A program made the position numbers and the translations under genes. A DNA stretch of 63,685 nucleotides, filler included, from Octopus bimaculoides (lineage: Eukaryota), in the NCBI RefSeq assembly GCF_001194135.2. It is 6 parts of 6 records of this genome, joined end to end, with 100 filler letters (N's around TTAATTAATTAA, not from the genome) between each part and the next. Parts side by side here need not be neighbours in the genome. Positions count along the whole stretch, not along the records: positions 1 to 27,964 come from NC_068983.1; 5 more parts are not named here. One strand, written 5' to 3'. Of the stretch, positions 13,987 through 27,560 are shown in pieces. The first letter of the stretch is position 1. Each line of letters opens with the position of its first letter. The notes beneath the pieces are model-generated. The model saw only the letters and a list, made by a program, of their open reading frames with translations, had not been told where the DNA came from and ran no database searches.

Positions 13987-14827
13987 ATCTATCTATCTCT
14001 CGTACATAAATATTAACATAACGGCACAGGAAACGCACAAACACGACAACGTAGATATAAATAAACACATATCTGCACACAGACTTTCACAAACGCATAT
14101 ATATATATATATATATATACATACATACATACATACATACATACATACAGCAGAGATAGTTATGGATATATGTGTAAATATATAGAGACGTAAGCAGACA
14201 TGTGTGTGTATGTGTGTGTGTGTGTTACGAGGGATTCGCGAAATAGATTTGATAATAATAGTTTGTTACAGATAGAAATAACTTTCCTTTGGGCATGCCA
14301 AAGAGAGAGTTTCAACATAGTCGCTCAATATGCTATGAAGAGCAGCAAATTCCCTCTCAAATCAAAGCCTGTTGTCTTCAAGAAAGGTGGAACACATCGT
14401 ATAATGCAGTTCTGGATATACTGTCTTTGATCCAAGAGCTGCTTAATCATGGTTGCCTTGAGGCTAGACAATAACAACTTTACTTTGCATATTTTTGTGA
14501 TGCATTCAATACACAACTGTGTTCAAGGTTTGCCTTCTTTATCGAGCTTTTTTGTGTTTTGGTATAAGTTCTTTGTAGTGTGTGTGGAAACGTATATGTC
14601 CTATAAATCTATCATTGCCATTTCTAACCAACATCACTTCATCATCAGGATGAAGGCAGGTACGCGTGAGTTGCTCTTCGTTACAGAAGTTTAGGTCGAT
14701 AGGAGTGGTACAGGAAAGGAAAAGTTGGAATCAAACTACTCTGCGAAGCCCTAGAAAGTTTCAGATATAACATTATAGACATAAACGATAGACTCCAAAT
14801 CTTACTCCGAGATGAATGATTATAGAT

Positions 14828-14890
<63 letters not shown>

Positions 14891-14938
14891 NNNNNNNNNN
14901 NNNNNNNNNNNNNNNNNNNNNNNNNNNNAGACACAGAA

Positions 14939-15056
<118 letters not shown>

Positions 15057-15454
15057 CACACGACAATAAAACAAATTCTCAATTTAAATCCTAAACAGGC
15101 GTTACATGATTTTAAAAGTAACCACAGCAAGAAAATATATAAGCGTGGTAAAAATATCATATTTATAATGATGGGTAAGTGTACTGCAAAAACTAATATT
15201 TTCTTCAACGTCAAAAACACAAATTTATAAGAATTCACAAAAAACCACCACCCAATTAAAAGTTAGACTTTAAAAAACTAATTGTATAGATAAACATAAA
15301 CAGCAGCTACTTATTTCTCCCACATTGAAGGAGGGTTCACTGTTGTTTATATCTCCAAAAGCAATAACAATGCACAACTATGACTCACACAAATATAACA
15401 CACAAAAGTGTTAAATGATTGCACAACATTATCAAACAGTACATGCCTGAAAGA

Positions 15455-15790
15455 TACAGTATACGGACATTTGAAGAGTTACTAGAAATCTTGGCGAAAA
15501 ACACCAACGAAGTTGGCAACACATCCATCTCCGGTATAGAAAGTCAGTAGAAAGTCTGTTTACCAACATTCCAGTTGCAGAAATAATAATAGACAGTATT
15601 AGATAATGTATACAAACACTCAAGAAAAAAACATCGATGATACCAGCTAATATACTCATATCATTTATACACTTTTATAAAACAAGAAACCTTTCGTTGT
15701 CCACAAGACAAAAATATACACGCATAAAAGATGACGTAATTATGGATTCTTTGTTAGGATCCGCGTTTGAGACGCTCTCGGTGACTATAT
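15455..15790 (+). pseudogene. Degenerate Penelope-like element RT fragment
   Basis: SVESLFTNIPV (15544-15576, cf. DVESLFTNIP) and KDDVIMDSLLGS (15727-15762, cf. DGVAMGSPLGP); stops and frameshifts. Confidence 0.65.
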
Positions 15791-16740
15791 TAGTAAAGTA
15801 GTACCAGGGCCTAACCAGAGCGATGGTCCCACCGGAAGATACTGAGAAAACATCTCTATAATTAAGCGCAACAAATACTGCAGACACCGAATTTATCAAA
15901 ATGAGCATATGCCATATTATATGAATCAAATAAAAGTTAGCTATTGAATATATGAACACATCATTAAAAAACCTAAACCTTTTCAGTAATAAACAGTAAG
16001 TGTGTAAATCTACTAGTGACAAAAGTGATTTATAAATTTCATTGTAAACCGGAAAGTTATAAACCATTTATGTTGGCCAAACAAGTACGACACTCTTCTG
16101 TCGGCTCACCATGCACTTACAACAAGGAGCAATTGCAATGTCCTACATCATGCAACACAAAACAAAACTAGATAAGAAAGCATAAGTGGACAACACTTTT
16201 ATACTATACAGAATTCCACAGAAGGATACACGATTACTAATTGCACCAAATCTTCTCGGCACCGCTCAATGCAAAAATAAATGCAAAAACAACATAAGCT
16301 AGTTACAAGTAGAAGCAAACATCTAATTGATGTTGTATAAGTCTAACAGTTAAAATTCAAGTTCCGCTGGTAATGTCTACCTAAATCTCATTAGCCCTAC
16401 CTAGTTCAAAGAAGCAGCAACACACGCCTATGTTTCATTCTGAAGCGGTGTCGACGTGTGCGTGTATGTGCTTGTCTCGGTATATGTAAGAAGCTATGAC
16501 AGCCTTAAAAAAATGCATTGGATACCCTATTAATAAAGTTTGATAAAATGAAGCAAAAAAAAAATAAACAATAATATTTACATCTTTTTGTTGTTAAATC
16601 TTTTAGATACTTTTATGAACTGAAAAATTCTTGAAAACAAATTGTATCCTTAAAATTGGTAATCTCTTGAAAACAGACTTCAATGGTTTAGCTCTCCTTA
16701 ACTTGATCATTTTCATGTTGTAATATGTAATGTGATGAAA

Positions 16741-16872
16741 AAGGCGGCGGGCATGCAGAATGGTTAGCACGTCGCGTAAAATGCTCAGCGTCCTTTCGCC
16801 CGTCTTTACGTTTTGAGGTCGAATTCCTCCGAGGTTGACTTTACCTTTCATCTTTTCGGGGTTGCTAAAATA
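16741..16872 (+). mobile_element. Family B tRNA-derived SINE, 5' part
   Basis: aaggcggcg...gcagaatggttagcac...gaggttgactttacctttcatc, shared with many copies. Confidence 0.7.
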
Positions 16873-17362
16873 TTAGGTTGTTCAGAAAATAATGATTGAT
16901 TTTAAAAATAAGCCTATATTCTTGAATAACTGAAGTTATACAAAGGTTTAATTATTCACAATATGATCTCTGAACAGCTATGCATTTTCCCATCGATTAA
17001 CAAAGTTATTTTTGCCTCTTCGATAAAAATCGAAAGGTTTTGATGCCAAGAAAACCTTGAATTCAATTTCAACCTCAGTTTTGGAACGGAATGTTTTTTG
17101 CTTTAAAAAATGTCTAGGTGCTTGAAAAAGTGGTTGTCGGTAGGTGAAAGATCAGAAGAATATGGAGGGCGTGGTAAAGTCCCGTATCCCAAGTCTGATC
17201 AGATTGGACACAGAGTATCCATAAATTACCTTTACAATTTCAAAAATTCAGAAAACATGAAAAATAAGGATAACTCAGCAAAGTTTATTGGAACACATAG
17301 GCAAACAAATAACGTTTTATTTAAAATATCAGAACACTTTCACGTGGACTCTGTCGGCTGCA

Positions 17363-17742
17363 TGTTGGCACTCTGCCGCTTACGATGTCGAGGGTTCCAG
17401 TTGATCCGATCAACAGAACAGCCAGCTCGTGAAATTAACGTGCAAGTGGCTGAGCACTCCACAGACACGTGTACCCTTAACGTAGTTCTCGGGGATATTC
17501 AGCGTGACACAGTGTAACAAGGCTGACCCTTTGAATTACAGGCACAACAGAAACAGGAAGTAAGAGTGAGAGAAAGTTGTGGTATATGAGTACAGCAGGG
17601 TTCGCCACCATGCCCTGCCGGAGCCTCGTGTAGCTTTAGGTGTTTTCGCTCAATAAACTCACAACACCCTGTCCAGGAATCGAAACTGCGATCCTATGAC
17701 CGCGAGTCCGCTGTCCTAACCACTGGGCCATTGCGCCTCCAC
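17363..17742 (-). mobile_element. Full-length family C tRNA-derived SINE with 15-bp TSD
   Basis: Reverse complement of the 33388-33772 copy; TSD actctgtcggctgca (17348-17362) / actctgccggctgca (17741-17755). Confidence 0.9.
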
Positions 17743-18099
17743 TCTGCCGGCTGCACCCAATAGATAAAATAAATTGTAGAAGCTATGACGATAATTTATG
17801 GACAGCTGTAGTATGATTGTTCATCTATTGATTTTTCCCAATATACTTTCTACATTTCACTTATGTTTTTACTAAATAATTTTACTTGTGGTAATTGTTT
17901 TTGTACTCCTTTTTTTACTTAATTCGTCTGTTTCCTTGTTTCCCGTAATATCTATATAATCAGTATAATTTCATTATTTATAAATAGATATTTATCTATT
18001 TTTAACAGAATACTTTTAGTATACATAACAGTCTACTTGAAAGAGGTCCTGTTCTTAATAGTATACTACCTTCATTTCTGGATTGAAATTATTCTAGAT

Positions 18100-18954
18100 C
18101 AGTGGTACTCAACCCCTTTGATTCCTATTTTATTCAGGTAGACCCTTATAGCCATTCCATGTTTCAAGAAATCCTATTGTATTTTTATATTTAAATATCA
18201 TTGGGAATGGTATAAAAAAAAATTGGTAAAATATTTTATATATTGTAGAAGTATAACCTATTTATTGCACACTAAAAAGTAACTAAATTCTATGGGAAAA
18301 TGAATGTTCACTAGTAAAATAAGTCGTAAATATGTGATACAAGGACTTATTTATTAACAAAGAAGATATTACTTTTGTACTGCTTTATTCAATACGAGCT
18401 TTGTGGTTGATATGTTGCACTGCTAGCTTTGCAATATTCGGCTCCAACGTTGCCAATGATAATCGAAGGTCACTTTTTTGTACTGTGTTGAGTTGGTTAT
18501 GAGCTTTTGACAGTATGTTAGTGACATGGCTGAAACTGGATTCAACAGGATAAAATGAATAAAAAGCAATTACGTCCAAATTCGCGTTCTCCTATACAAG
18601 TGAATATTTTTTAGAATATTTGATCACTCTGCAATCCAATGAGATTCTCCGGCAAACACATATCCACATCAGCAATATTAACTTCAAAAGGAAGTATTAA
18701 CCATCGGGAGGAGAGGTATACTATTTACTTACCCAAATAAGGACAGAAATTAAAGCGTCTTACTCACTACCATGTTAAGCGTTAGCAAAAGAAACCTACT
18801 TTTTATTTGCAATAGCTAGATCTAAAACAAAAAGTTTTTCATGAACCCCTAAAATACTTCCGCGAACACCCAATATAGTAATTAGTATGCGTGGGCCCCA
18901 CAAAATCTTGTATGGACCCTCAGGTGTCATATTGACCACGCTTGAAAACCAATG
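18100..18954 (-). mobile_element. Non-autonomous hAT (Buster/Charlie-type) DNA transposon, deletion derivative
   Basis: TIRs cagtggtactcaacc / gcttgaaaaccaatg; perfect 8-bp TSD TTCTAGAT (18092-18099 and 18955-18962); minus strand encodes a hAT C-terminal remnant ..VESSFSHVTNILSKAHNQLNTVQKSDLRLSLATLEPNIAKL. Confidence 0.9.
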
Positions 18955-19620
18955 TTCTAGATTATATGAACTTTCGGTAAATAAACAGTCTAAAGATATT
19001 ATTCCTACACAACTCTGCATCATAACTTTAAGCTGATATTTAAAAAAAACTATACCATCCTCCGTTTTCTGAATGTAATCAGTATTAGTATGTATGTATG
19101 TATGTATGTATGTATGTATGTATGTATGTATGTATGTATGTATGCATGCATGTGTCTGCACACGTATGCATGAAAATACTTTTGAAATACATATTATAAC
19201 ACTTACATAAATGGGTTGTATTTGTAATTTCTTGAAACTTACTTGACCAAGTACCCCCAATAATCCCAGATATAAATCTAAAAGGGGACGCAGTAGCTTC
19301 TGCAGACATTTCTCAGTTCGGTATATCTGTCTGCTTGTTTTTTCTTCTTTTATCTGTAACACTATGTTAACATCTGTTGGGCCTCTAATTTCTACCACTG
19401 CACTCTTTCTTTTCTCCATCTCAAATCATTATGTCTGGCATGTTACGCTTACATGTCATAGGAGCTCTGGTGGGAACACTCCACTGATATTTCTTTCCAT
19501 ATTATAAATGAGTATACCTTCTAAATCATTGTAACGTATTTTTGATTTGGCGAACTTATCATTCACACAGATTACACTGCATAATATTTTGGAAGTTAAA
19601 TAATGTTTCTTTAATAAATA

Positions 19621-20841
19621 CAGTCTCTCCGCAAAAAGTCTCTCCGCAAAAAGTCTCTCCGCAGTAAGTATTTTATTGCAAAATAAATATTTATAAGACT
19701 ACAAAAGAATATATTATACTTTACTTTTAAAAACTTTATAAGAGGTGTTGAAAGTGTCGTCCTTCATTTTCAATACATAAGTTGACTCTTCTATACATGT
19801 TTAGGAATACATCTTGGAGAGTCTGACGCAGTATGGCCCGTGTGAAGGTTATGATTGCGTCTTTTAGCTTATTAACGGTTTTCGGGCGATTCTTGTACAC
19901 TGATCTTTTACTTGCTCCCCAGAAAAAAGTCTAGCGTTGTTAAATTAGGTGATATTGGTGGCTAAAGTCCCTTCGAAATAATCCGTTCACTGAAAAACTC
20001 TTGAAGTAGCGCCATGGTAATGCGCGAAGTATTTGCAATAGCTCCATCTTGCTGAAAGTATGCATTATTAATTTCACTTTCAGTCAGTTGGCCTACAAAT
20101 GGATAAACAATATTTGAGCAATATCTCTCGATGTCTTCAAAAAATATCGGTCCCACAATACGCTTTCTAGAAATTGTTATCCATACTCTAACTTTTTCGG
20201 GATGCAGAGGTTGCTCATGCGTCGCGTGTGGATTCTCAGTGCTCCATAACTCTATGTTTTGCGAATTTATGTGTCCCGACAGATGAAACCAAGCCTCATC
20301 GGTGTAAAAACACCCATCCAATACTTCTATGCCTTTTTCGGCAACAAAGTTTTGGAACCAATAACAATAATGGAGCCTTTTAGCATGATCCGCAGTCTTC
20401 AAGTCTTGACTGGCCAGCACTGTGTGGAAAGAAATTTAATTTCTTTTTTACTGCCGTGTGAGCACTTCCTAGACTGATTTCCGTTTCCTGTGACAATTTG
20501 CGTTAAGACTTTGACGGCCTTGCCAACAGTTTATCAGAAATATAGGGGAGTGTTTCGTCTGAAAGAACAGTAGGCCTACCGCTTCTTGCTGCGTCTTCTA
20601 AATTTTCTTATCAAATCTCGCACAGTGTCACGATGTGGGACAACAGTATTTGGAAAAGTTTCACAGTATCTTTATATTTGTTTCCAGCTCGAAACACCCA
20701 TTCAACTAAAAACGTACGTTCTTCGATGGTTAGCACGTCGACGCGCTGAAGGGTATACAATAACTGAGGGCAATGGCTGACACCCGGACGTCCACGCAGA
20801 ATGAAAAAAATGCACTGCGGAGAGACTTTTTGAACACCCTG
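19621..20841 (-). mobile_element. Near full-length degenerate Tc1/mariner transposon (rosa/DD41D-like sequence); transposase pseudogene ~19736-20735
   Basis: TA TSD; TIR tacagggtgttcaaaaagtctctccgcagt at the right end; motifs YTDEAWFHLSG, FQQDGA, PP.SPNLTTLDFF, GRHFQHLL*; stops and frameshifts. Confidence 0.92.
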
Positions 20842-21748
20842 TAGTATCGTGATGACACTTTGGAGCAGGTGCTTATGATGTGGTTTACGATTCCGATGTT
20901 CATTCTACAGCGTCAACATTGATTGCCACATTAAAGTGTTTTACTTGTATCTTTATCCCTTTCATTCATCAAATACTTGTGTTATTTGTCGTTCCTGGAT
21001 TGCAAAAGTATATCTTTTAAAATGAGAGTTGATATATAAGTTGCTTGTCCTAGATATCCCTCTGGTTATCTATGCTACTGTCACTGTAAACTCTTCTAGC
21101 AACACAGTCGTTCATAACCTTCTGTCAAACAGAAAGTTTTAAAATTCTATTGCGGTATACCAGTGCAGCTTCCTTGGCTGTATATCGTTGGACATTTATC
21201 ATCGCATACTTTACCAGGAATTCCTTTTCAATTCTCATGATGATCGATTTATTTTCAACTGTTTTGTTTATTTTACTATGTCCAAACATTTATTTTCAAC
21301 TGTTTTTGTTTTGTTTATTTTACTATGTCCAGACACTTATTCTAATTAATCAGTCATTTTTGTTTGTATAGCTATCTGTTTACATTCCATAAGCACGACT
21401 GCATAAATAATTGTGCTCCATAGATCAACAATTTTTTACCGTTTTCCAAATGCATAGGTGTTTTTTTTTAATTTTTGAATCCAATCCTGTGTCCTCCTCC
21501 AGGTAGACGATACATGTCAGACGACGTTTCCCACGCCTTCCGCTACCATGTTGTGGGTCTCAAGCACAAATTATGATGTTTCTTCTTCCTGGTGCCGCTT
21601 GCAATAAACTGTTATGCGGAGACGTCGTTCTCTGAACACAGAATCACTCATTTTTTTTTATATGATGCTGCTATTTCGCATCCAAGAGTGATTTGTGTGT
21701 CGAAGCAGAAGTTTTAGAACGAAATAATCTCTCCTTCAAACATTTCCT

Positions 21749-21961
21749 TACTCTTTTACTCTTTTACTTGTTTCAGTCATTTGACTGCGGCCATGCTGGA
21801 GCACCGCCTTTACTCGAGCAAATCGACCCCGGGACTTATTCTTTGGAAGCCTAGTACTTATTCCATCGGTCTCTTTTGCCGAACCGCTAAGTGACGGGGA
21901 CATAAACACACCAGCATCGGTTGTCAAGCAATGCTTGACAAACACAGACACACAAACACAT

Positions 21962-22008
<47 letters not shown>

Positions 22009-22172
22009 TACGACGGGCTTCTTTCAGTTTCCGTCTACCAAATCCACTCACAAGGCTTTGGTCGGCCCGAGGCTATAGTAGAAGACACTTGCCCAAGATG
22101 CCACGCAGTGGGACTGAACCCGGAACTATGTGGTTGGTAAGCAGGCTACTTACCACACAGCCACTCCTGCTC
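21749..22172 (-). mobile_element. Full-length family A SINE
   Basis: Reverse complement of the 12025-12440 copy over its whole length. Confidence 0.9.
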
Positions 22173-22268
22173 CTTCCGAATATATTTTACTTATTCCTGT
22201 TCTTTGTTCTTCCAACTCATGTGCATGAATGTAAATGCAGCGATGTCTGCATAAGTAGAAGCAGGTCC

Positions 22269-22475
22269 GGTAAGTTCACTGCCATCGTCATCAGTTCACC
22301 GCAGGGAAAGTTCAACGTCATCAATTCACCGTTTTTATTGTTGTTTTTTATTAAGATAGTTTTTAACTATTCATGGTGAGATTCAATGAATATATTTTCT
22401 CGGTAAACTTTCCTCGCAGTGAAATTTCCTCATGGTGAACATTCTTCACGATGAATTGGTGGCGGTGAACTTACC
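22269..22475. mobile_element. MITE with 16-bp TIRs
   Basis: ggtaagttcactgcca (22269-22284) / tggcggtgaacttacc (22460-22475), with internal ttcacc/ggtgaa submotifs. Confidence 0.7.
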
Positions 22476-22703
22476 TGTAATTAAGTAGAAGACTGACGGA
22501 AATGCATATATAATCTACACAACACTGTTTGCATACCCAATAACTCCTTGAATGTTACAGCTGAAGTATTGTACGGACTTCGTTAACATTGTATCACGTA
22601 GTACTTATTTCACGCTGCTTCATCCGATCTCTTCCTATCTGCCATTAAACTGTTGGTGTAGGTTGTGTTATGCTTGCTTTACGAGCTCTGAATATTTCGT
22701 TTT

Positions 22704-22766
<63 letters not shown>

Positions 22767-22793
22767 GCATGTATATGTTTGCATTTATGTGTG

Positions 22794-22824
<31 letters not shown>

Positions 22825-23051
22825 ATGTACGTGTANNNNNNNNNNNNNNNNNNNNNNNNNNNNNNNNNNNNNNNNNNNNNNNNNNNNNNNNNNNNNNNNN
22901 NNNNNNNNNNNNNNNNNNNNNNNNNNNNNNNNNNNNNNNNNNNNNNNNNNNNNNNNNNNNNNNNNNNNNNNNNNNNNNNNNNNNNNNNNNNNNNNNNNNN
23001 NNNNNNNNNNNNNNNNNNNNNNNNNNNNNNNNNNNNNNNNNNNNNNNNNNN

Positions 23052-23106
<55 letters not shown>

Positions 23107-23896
23107 TGCATATAATACACACACACACTCACATATATATATATATATATGCATATAATATATATTCACACACAAATACACTCAAACTACACTGCATTCT
23201 GTCGGCATCCTAGCTTTGTAAGTTAGCAGTTTGTCTGGTAAACAAGAAACCTTCTTGATAGATGCTTGTATCTAAAAAAATCTCCTCCCATACTCCAACC
23301 TAAGAACCAGGCTGTAGCATGGTTGGTGTTCGGGTGGAGGTAAAAAGAAGCATAGGATGAGTGTGTCTGGGTAGGGAGAGAGAGGCAGACGGGTGTTTGT
23401 TAGAGAATTGTGGAAAGCAAGAACTACATTTTACGCGAAATAACAGACTAAGGTGGTATAAATCACAGCCCCCACCGCTCAGACAGAATGTCTTGCTCCC
23501 TCGCGACGTTCATTCATCAGACATATACCCTTTTCACGTCTAATTAATCTGCCTGATCTTGTTGTCTTGTTGTGCGTTTTGCTTTGTACTTGTACAGAAA
23601 CAAAAAAGAATCACCGAACAGGATGAGATATAAATACAAACACACACACACACAGAGAAACTCATACATGCGCATGTGCACATATCCTAAAATGGAAGCA
23701 CAAACACACACAAATACATACATACATACATACATACATACATACATACATACATACATACATACATACGTATAAAGCACTGACTTTACCTGTTAAGAGG
23801 AACAAAGTTAGGCGACTTAGAATAAAGAACTCAAGTGTGTAACGTATTTTCTTCAACTCATTGATTATATATGTGTATATATGTGTGTGTGTATAC

Positions 23897-23938
<42 letters not shown>

Positions 23939-24340
23939 GTGTGTGTGTGTGTGTGAGTATGTGCGTGCGCGCGCACGCGCTTGCGTGGGCGTGAGTGCAT
24001 GTGTGACTAGTTGTTTTTTCCATAAGTCAGAAAGGAAAGCACGCTCAATATAAGTAATAGAGTAGGTATATTTTCATATTGTCAAACTAGTTATGACAGT
24101 TAACAGGTCAGGTCAGAATACTGCCGTCAGTTTCACGCCAAATATTGCCACTAGATAACGGCCTTTAGAGCTGAGGATACACTCCAAGTTGACTCCGTAT
24201 TAGCAAATTGGCAGAAACAAAATTTTAGTGATTTTTTTTACCCTTTCCCTATTTGTCTTTTTTTTTTTTTTGCGAGTATCAAGAACACAAAAACAAGAGG
24301 AAGAAAGGAACGGGTATGAAAAAGTTAATTAGAAATAAAA

Positions 24341-24546
24341 GGGGTGCTGAAAAGTTCCTGGCTTTAAGGCTGTCGCGAAAGGCCTGGCTGAAGGCCCAAC
24401 CTTCCGAGTTTTTTTTACAGAATTTAGAAAAACTGAAGGACTGCTGCACTAAGTGTACGAATCTGAGAGGGGAATATGTTGAGTAAAATCATAATAAAAT
24501 GATCCTCCTGTATTTTCTTTTACCCAAAGCCAAGAACCCTTTCGTA
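24341..24546 (+). mobile_element. Mariner-derived MITE retaining the transposase C-terminus
   Basis: TIR ggggtgctgaaaagttcctggcttt vs aaagccaagaacc...; encodes FFLQNLEKLKDCCTKCTNLRGEYVE*, resembling a mariner C-terminal end. Confidence 0.75.
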
Positions 24547-25167
24547 AGTATGTAGTCATAGTTATATTANNNNNNNNNNNNNNNNNNNNNNNNNNNNNNN
24601 NNNNNNNNNNNNNNNNNNNNNNNNNNNNNNNNNNNNNNNNNNNNNNNNNNNNNNNNNNNNNNNNNNNNNNNNNNNNNNNNNNNNNNNNNNNNNNNNNNNN
24701 NNNNNNNNNNNNNNNNNNNNNNNNNNNNNNNNNNNNNNNNNNNNNNNNNNNNNNNNNNNNNNNNNNNNNNNNNNNNNNNNNNNNNNNNNNNNNNNNNNNN
24801 NNNNNNNNNNNNNNNNNNNNNNNNNNNNNNNNNNNNNNNNNNNNNNNNNNNNNNNNNNNNNNNNNNNNNNNNNNNNNNNNNNNNNNNNNNNNNNNNNNNN
24901 NNNNNNNNNNNNNNNNNNNNNNNNNNNNNNNNNNNNNNNNNNNNNNNNNNNNNNNNNNNNNNNNNNNNNNNNNNNNNNNNNNNNNNNNNNNNNNNNNNNN
25001 NNNNNNNNNNNNNNNNNNNNNNNNNNNNNNATATATATATATATATATACGCAAACAAGGGTATAAAATTATACAATTACTTAATATTTTTTCATCACTA
25101 AGTTAGTAGCTGCCGACGAGAAGGAGTCTTTATCAAGGGTTATGCAACTATTTAGACACAAGACCAA

Positions 25168-26220
25168 CCGTTTTGAAGGCAGAGTGTTAGTCGACTACAT
25201 CCACCCCTCTATTTAACTGGTACTATATTTTATGGTCTCCAGAGGAATAAAAGGCAAAGTTGACCTCGGTGGGATTTAATGCCAGAACGTAAAGAGCCGG
25301 AGGCGATACAGTAAATCCTTTCATACGACGCTCTAACGATTCTGTCAGTCCAACTAGCTTCGTGTCACTATTAATAAAATATGAAATACCGAGTTACAGG
25401 AAAACATATTTCTGTATAAGTTGTAGAAAGGCGGCAAGCTAGCAGAATCGTTAGCACGATGGGCAAAATGCTTATTGGTAGTTCGTTCGTTTTTACTTTC
25501 TCAGTTCAAATTCCGCCGTGGTTGACTTACCCTTTCATTATTCCAATGTCGATCAGATAAGTACCAGTCGAGTACTGGGATCAATGTAATCGCCTACCCC
25601 ATCCCACCCCCGAAATTACTGGCCTTGTGCCAAAGTTTTGAAATATGTACTATAAGTGGTAGAAGGCGGCGATGGGCAAAATACTTATCGATATTTCATC
25701 GTCTTTACGATCCGAGTTCAAATTTCGCCGAGGCCGACTTAGCCTTTCGTCCTTTCGGAGAACATAAAGCAAGATACAGTTGAGCGCTGGGGTTGATGTA
25801 TTCCACTTAACTCTCGCCAAAATTGCTGGCCTTGTGCCAAAATTTGAAACTTTTATTATAAGTGGTAGATCTAAACAGTCTTCTGCATTCTGTGAGTTTT
25901 GTGATATTTAATGCAATAGTTTTATGTTCATTACAAGGATGTGTGTCTTGGGTATGCACACTAGTGAGTACAATAACGTCTAAGGTTCGCTGGTGAAGTA
26001 ATATTGGTCTCAAATTTTGGTACAAGGCCAACAATTTCGTGTGAGGGGACAAGTCGATTACATCGACCTCAGAGATCAGCTAGTACTTATTTTATCGAGC
26101 TCTAAAAGATGAAAGGTAAACTCGACTTCGGCAGCATTTGAACTCAGAACGTAAAGATGGACGAAATGCCGCTAAACATTTTACCCGGCGCGCTAACGAT
26201 TCTGCCAGCTTGCCACCTTA
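25168..26220. mobile_element. Cluster of four family B SINEs: ~25168-25362 (-), 25428-25643 (+), 25662-25850 (+), 26003-26220 (-)
   Basis: Repeated aaggcggcgagctggcagaatcgttagc / gttcaaattccgcc / ggccttgtgccaaaatttgaaac motifs in both orientations. Confidence 0.85.
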
Positions 26221-26378
26221 ACTGATGAGGTGTGCAGAGTCTCCTTTTCCACTTCGCTTTTTTCTCGCCCGTTTTCTCTCACCCTACTTTGTGTGTGTGT
26301 GAGCACATTTTAGGTTGACGCGTGCACAAGGAGATGTACATATATAGTAAAAATTGAAAAAAAAATCAATATTATATT

Positions 26379-26422
26379 GGTCTAAGACATGTTTCGGTCT
26401 TAATGTTACCTCATCAGCGACC
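26379..26422 (-). ncRNA. Type I minimal hammerhead ribozyme motif with an imperfect helix I
   Basis: Minus strand GGTCG-CTGATGA-GGT aacattaag ACC-GAAA-CATGTC-TTA-GACC: core intact, palindromic helix III ACATGT, GUC triplet. Confidence 0.6.
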
Positions 26423-27043
26423 GATAGACATTTTTATGCTCACTAGCATTGATAACTCTTACATATCACTATTACATCCAGATTTAATGTTTCATCACTA
26501 ATACCACACTGTGTCCAGAGCTTAACCTAGCCAATTGGACCAGGTGATGTGTTATAGGCTCGAAGGAATAACTAAACACCCTAAAGAATATTCCTGTATA
26601 ACTGATGACTGGCTTTTAGGCTTGCCTGGCTTAGTTCAAAACTTTTCGATAAATATGTCTTGCATTAGGAATCTTTCGATTAGGCTATCTTGTTCTGAAT
26701 ATAGAAAGCAAAGCTTCTATTTCATATATACCCTGTATCGCCTCCGCCTCTTTACGTTCTGGTCTTATATATTTATCTTTTGCTGACTCATTAGGATAAC
26801 ATATGCTAAGAAAATAAATTTATCTTAATTAGAAGCCTTCATTGCGGTAAACAGTCAACTTCATCTACTCTCTCTCTCTCTCTTTCTCTCTCCCTCTCCT
26901 TCCACTCTCATATTCAGTAAAATTTCGAATTTCAACTTTGAACCATCATCCACGTTTCAGCATTAAGATTATGTGACGTTGCACGCAATTATCCTTGCAG
27001 TAGACACACACACACACACACAAACACAAACACACGCATACAT

Positions 27044-27076
<33 letters not shown>

Positions 27077-27231
27077 TTCACACACACACTCACACACAAC
27101 ACACACACACACACACTCACACACACACACACACATTCACACANNNNNNNNNNNNNNNNNNNNNNNNNNNNNNNNNNNNNNNNNNNNNNNNNNNNNNNNN
27201 NNNNNNNNNNNNNNNNNNNNNNNNNNNNNNN

Positions 27232-27280
<49 letters not shown>

Positions 27281-27289
27281 ATACGGTTG

Positions 27290-27560
27290 CCATTTCGTGA
27301 GACGTAGTATCGAGCTAAAATGTTTGAACATATCCGGAGCACAGCTGTAAGCACGTGACGCGGTCAATTCTCAAGGGATCGCGGCTTGGAATTTTGACGA
27401 CCACAAAGGACATCGACGAAAGCACAAGAACGCATATGACTCGATTGGCATCACTATATCTCTTTCTAATATAATTCGTCTCTACGAGGAAACGAAATTA
27501 GCGATGGCACAAGAAAGCCGTCGAGCTATATCAATCTACTATAAACGTTGATTTAATCCG
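27290..27560. promoter_or_regulatory. CpG-rich unique segment, candidate promoter/TSS region
   Basis: Locally high CpG density, CACGTG E-box (~27352) and CAGCTG; lies just left of the CpG-depleted domain; no TSS evidence. Confidence 0.3.

Noticed and set aside
14220-14820. Protein-looking minus-strand reading (IDLNFCNEEQLTRTCLHPDDEV...PELHYTMC)
   Set aside because: About nine stops in ~190 codons, as expected for random sequence, and no recognisable motif
21520-21567. Hammerhead-like minus-strand motif CTTGAGA...GAAACGTC
   Set aside because: Core mutated and no helix I pairing
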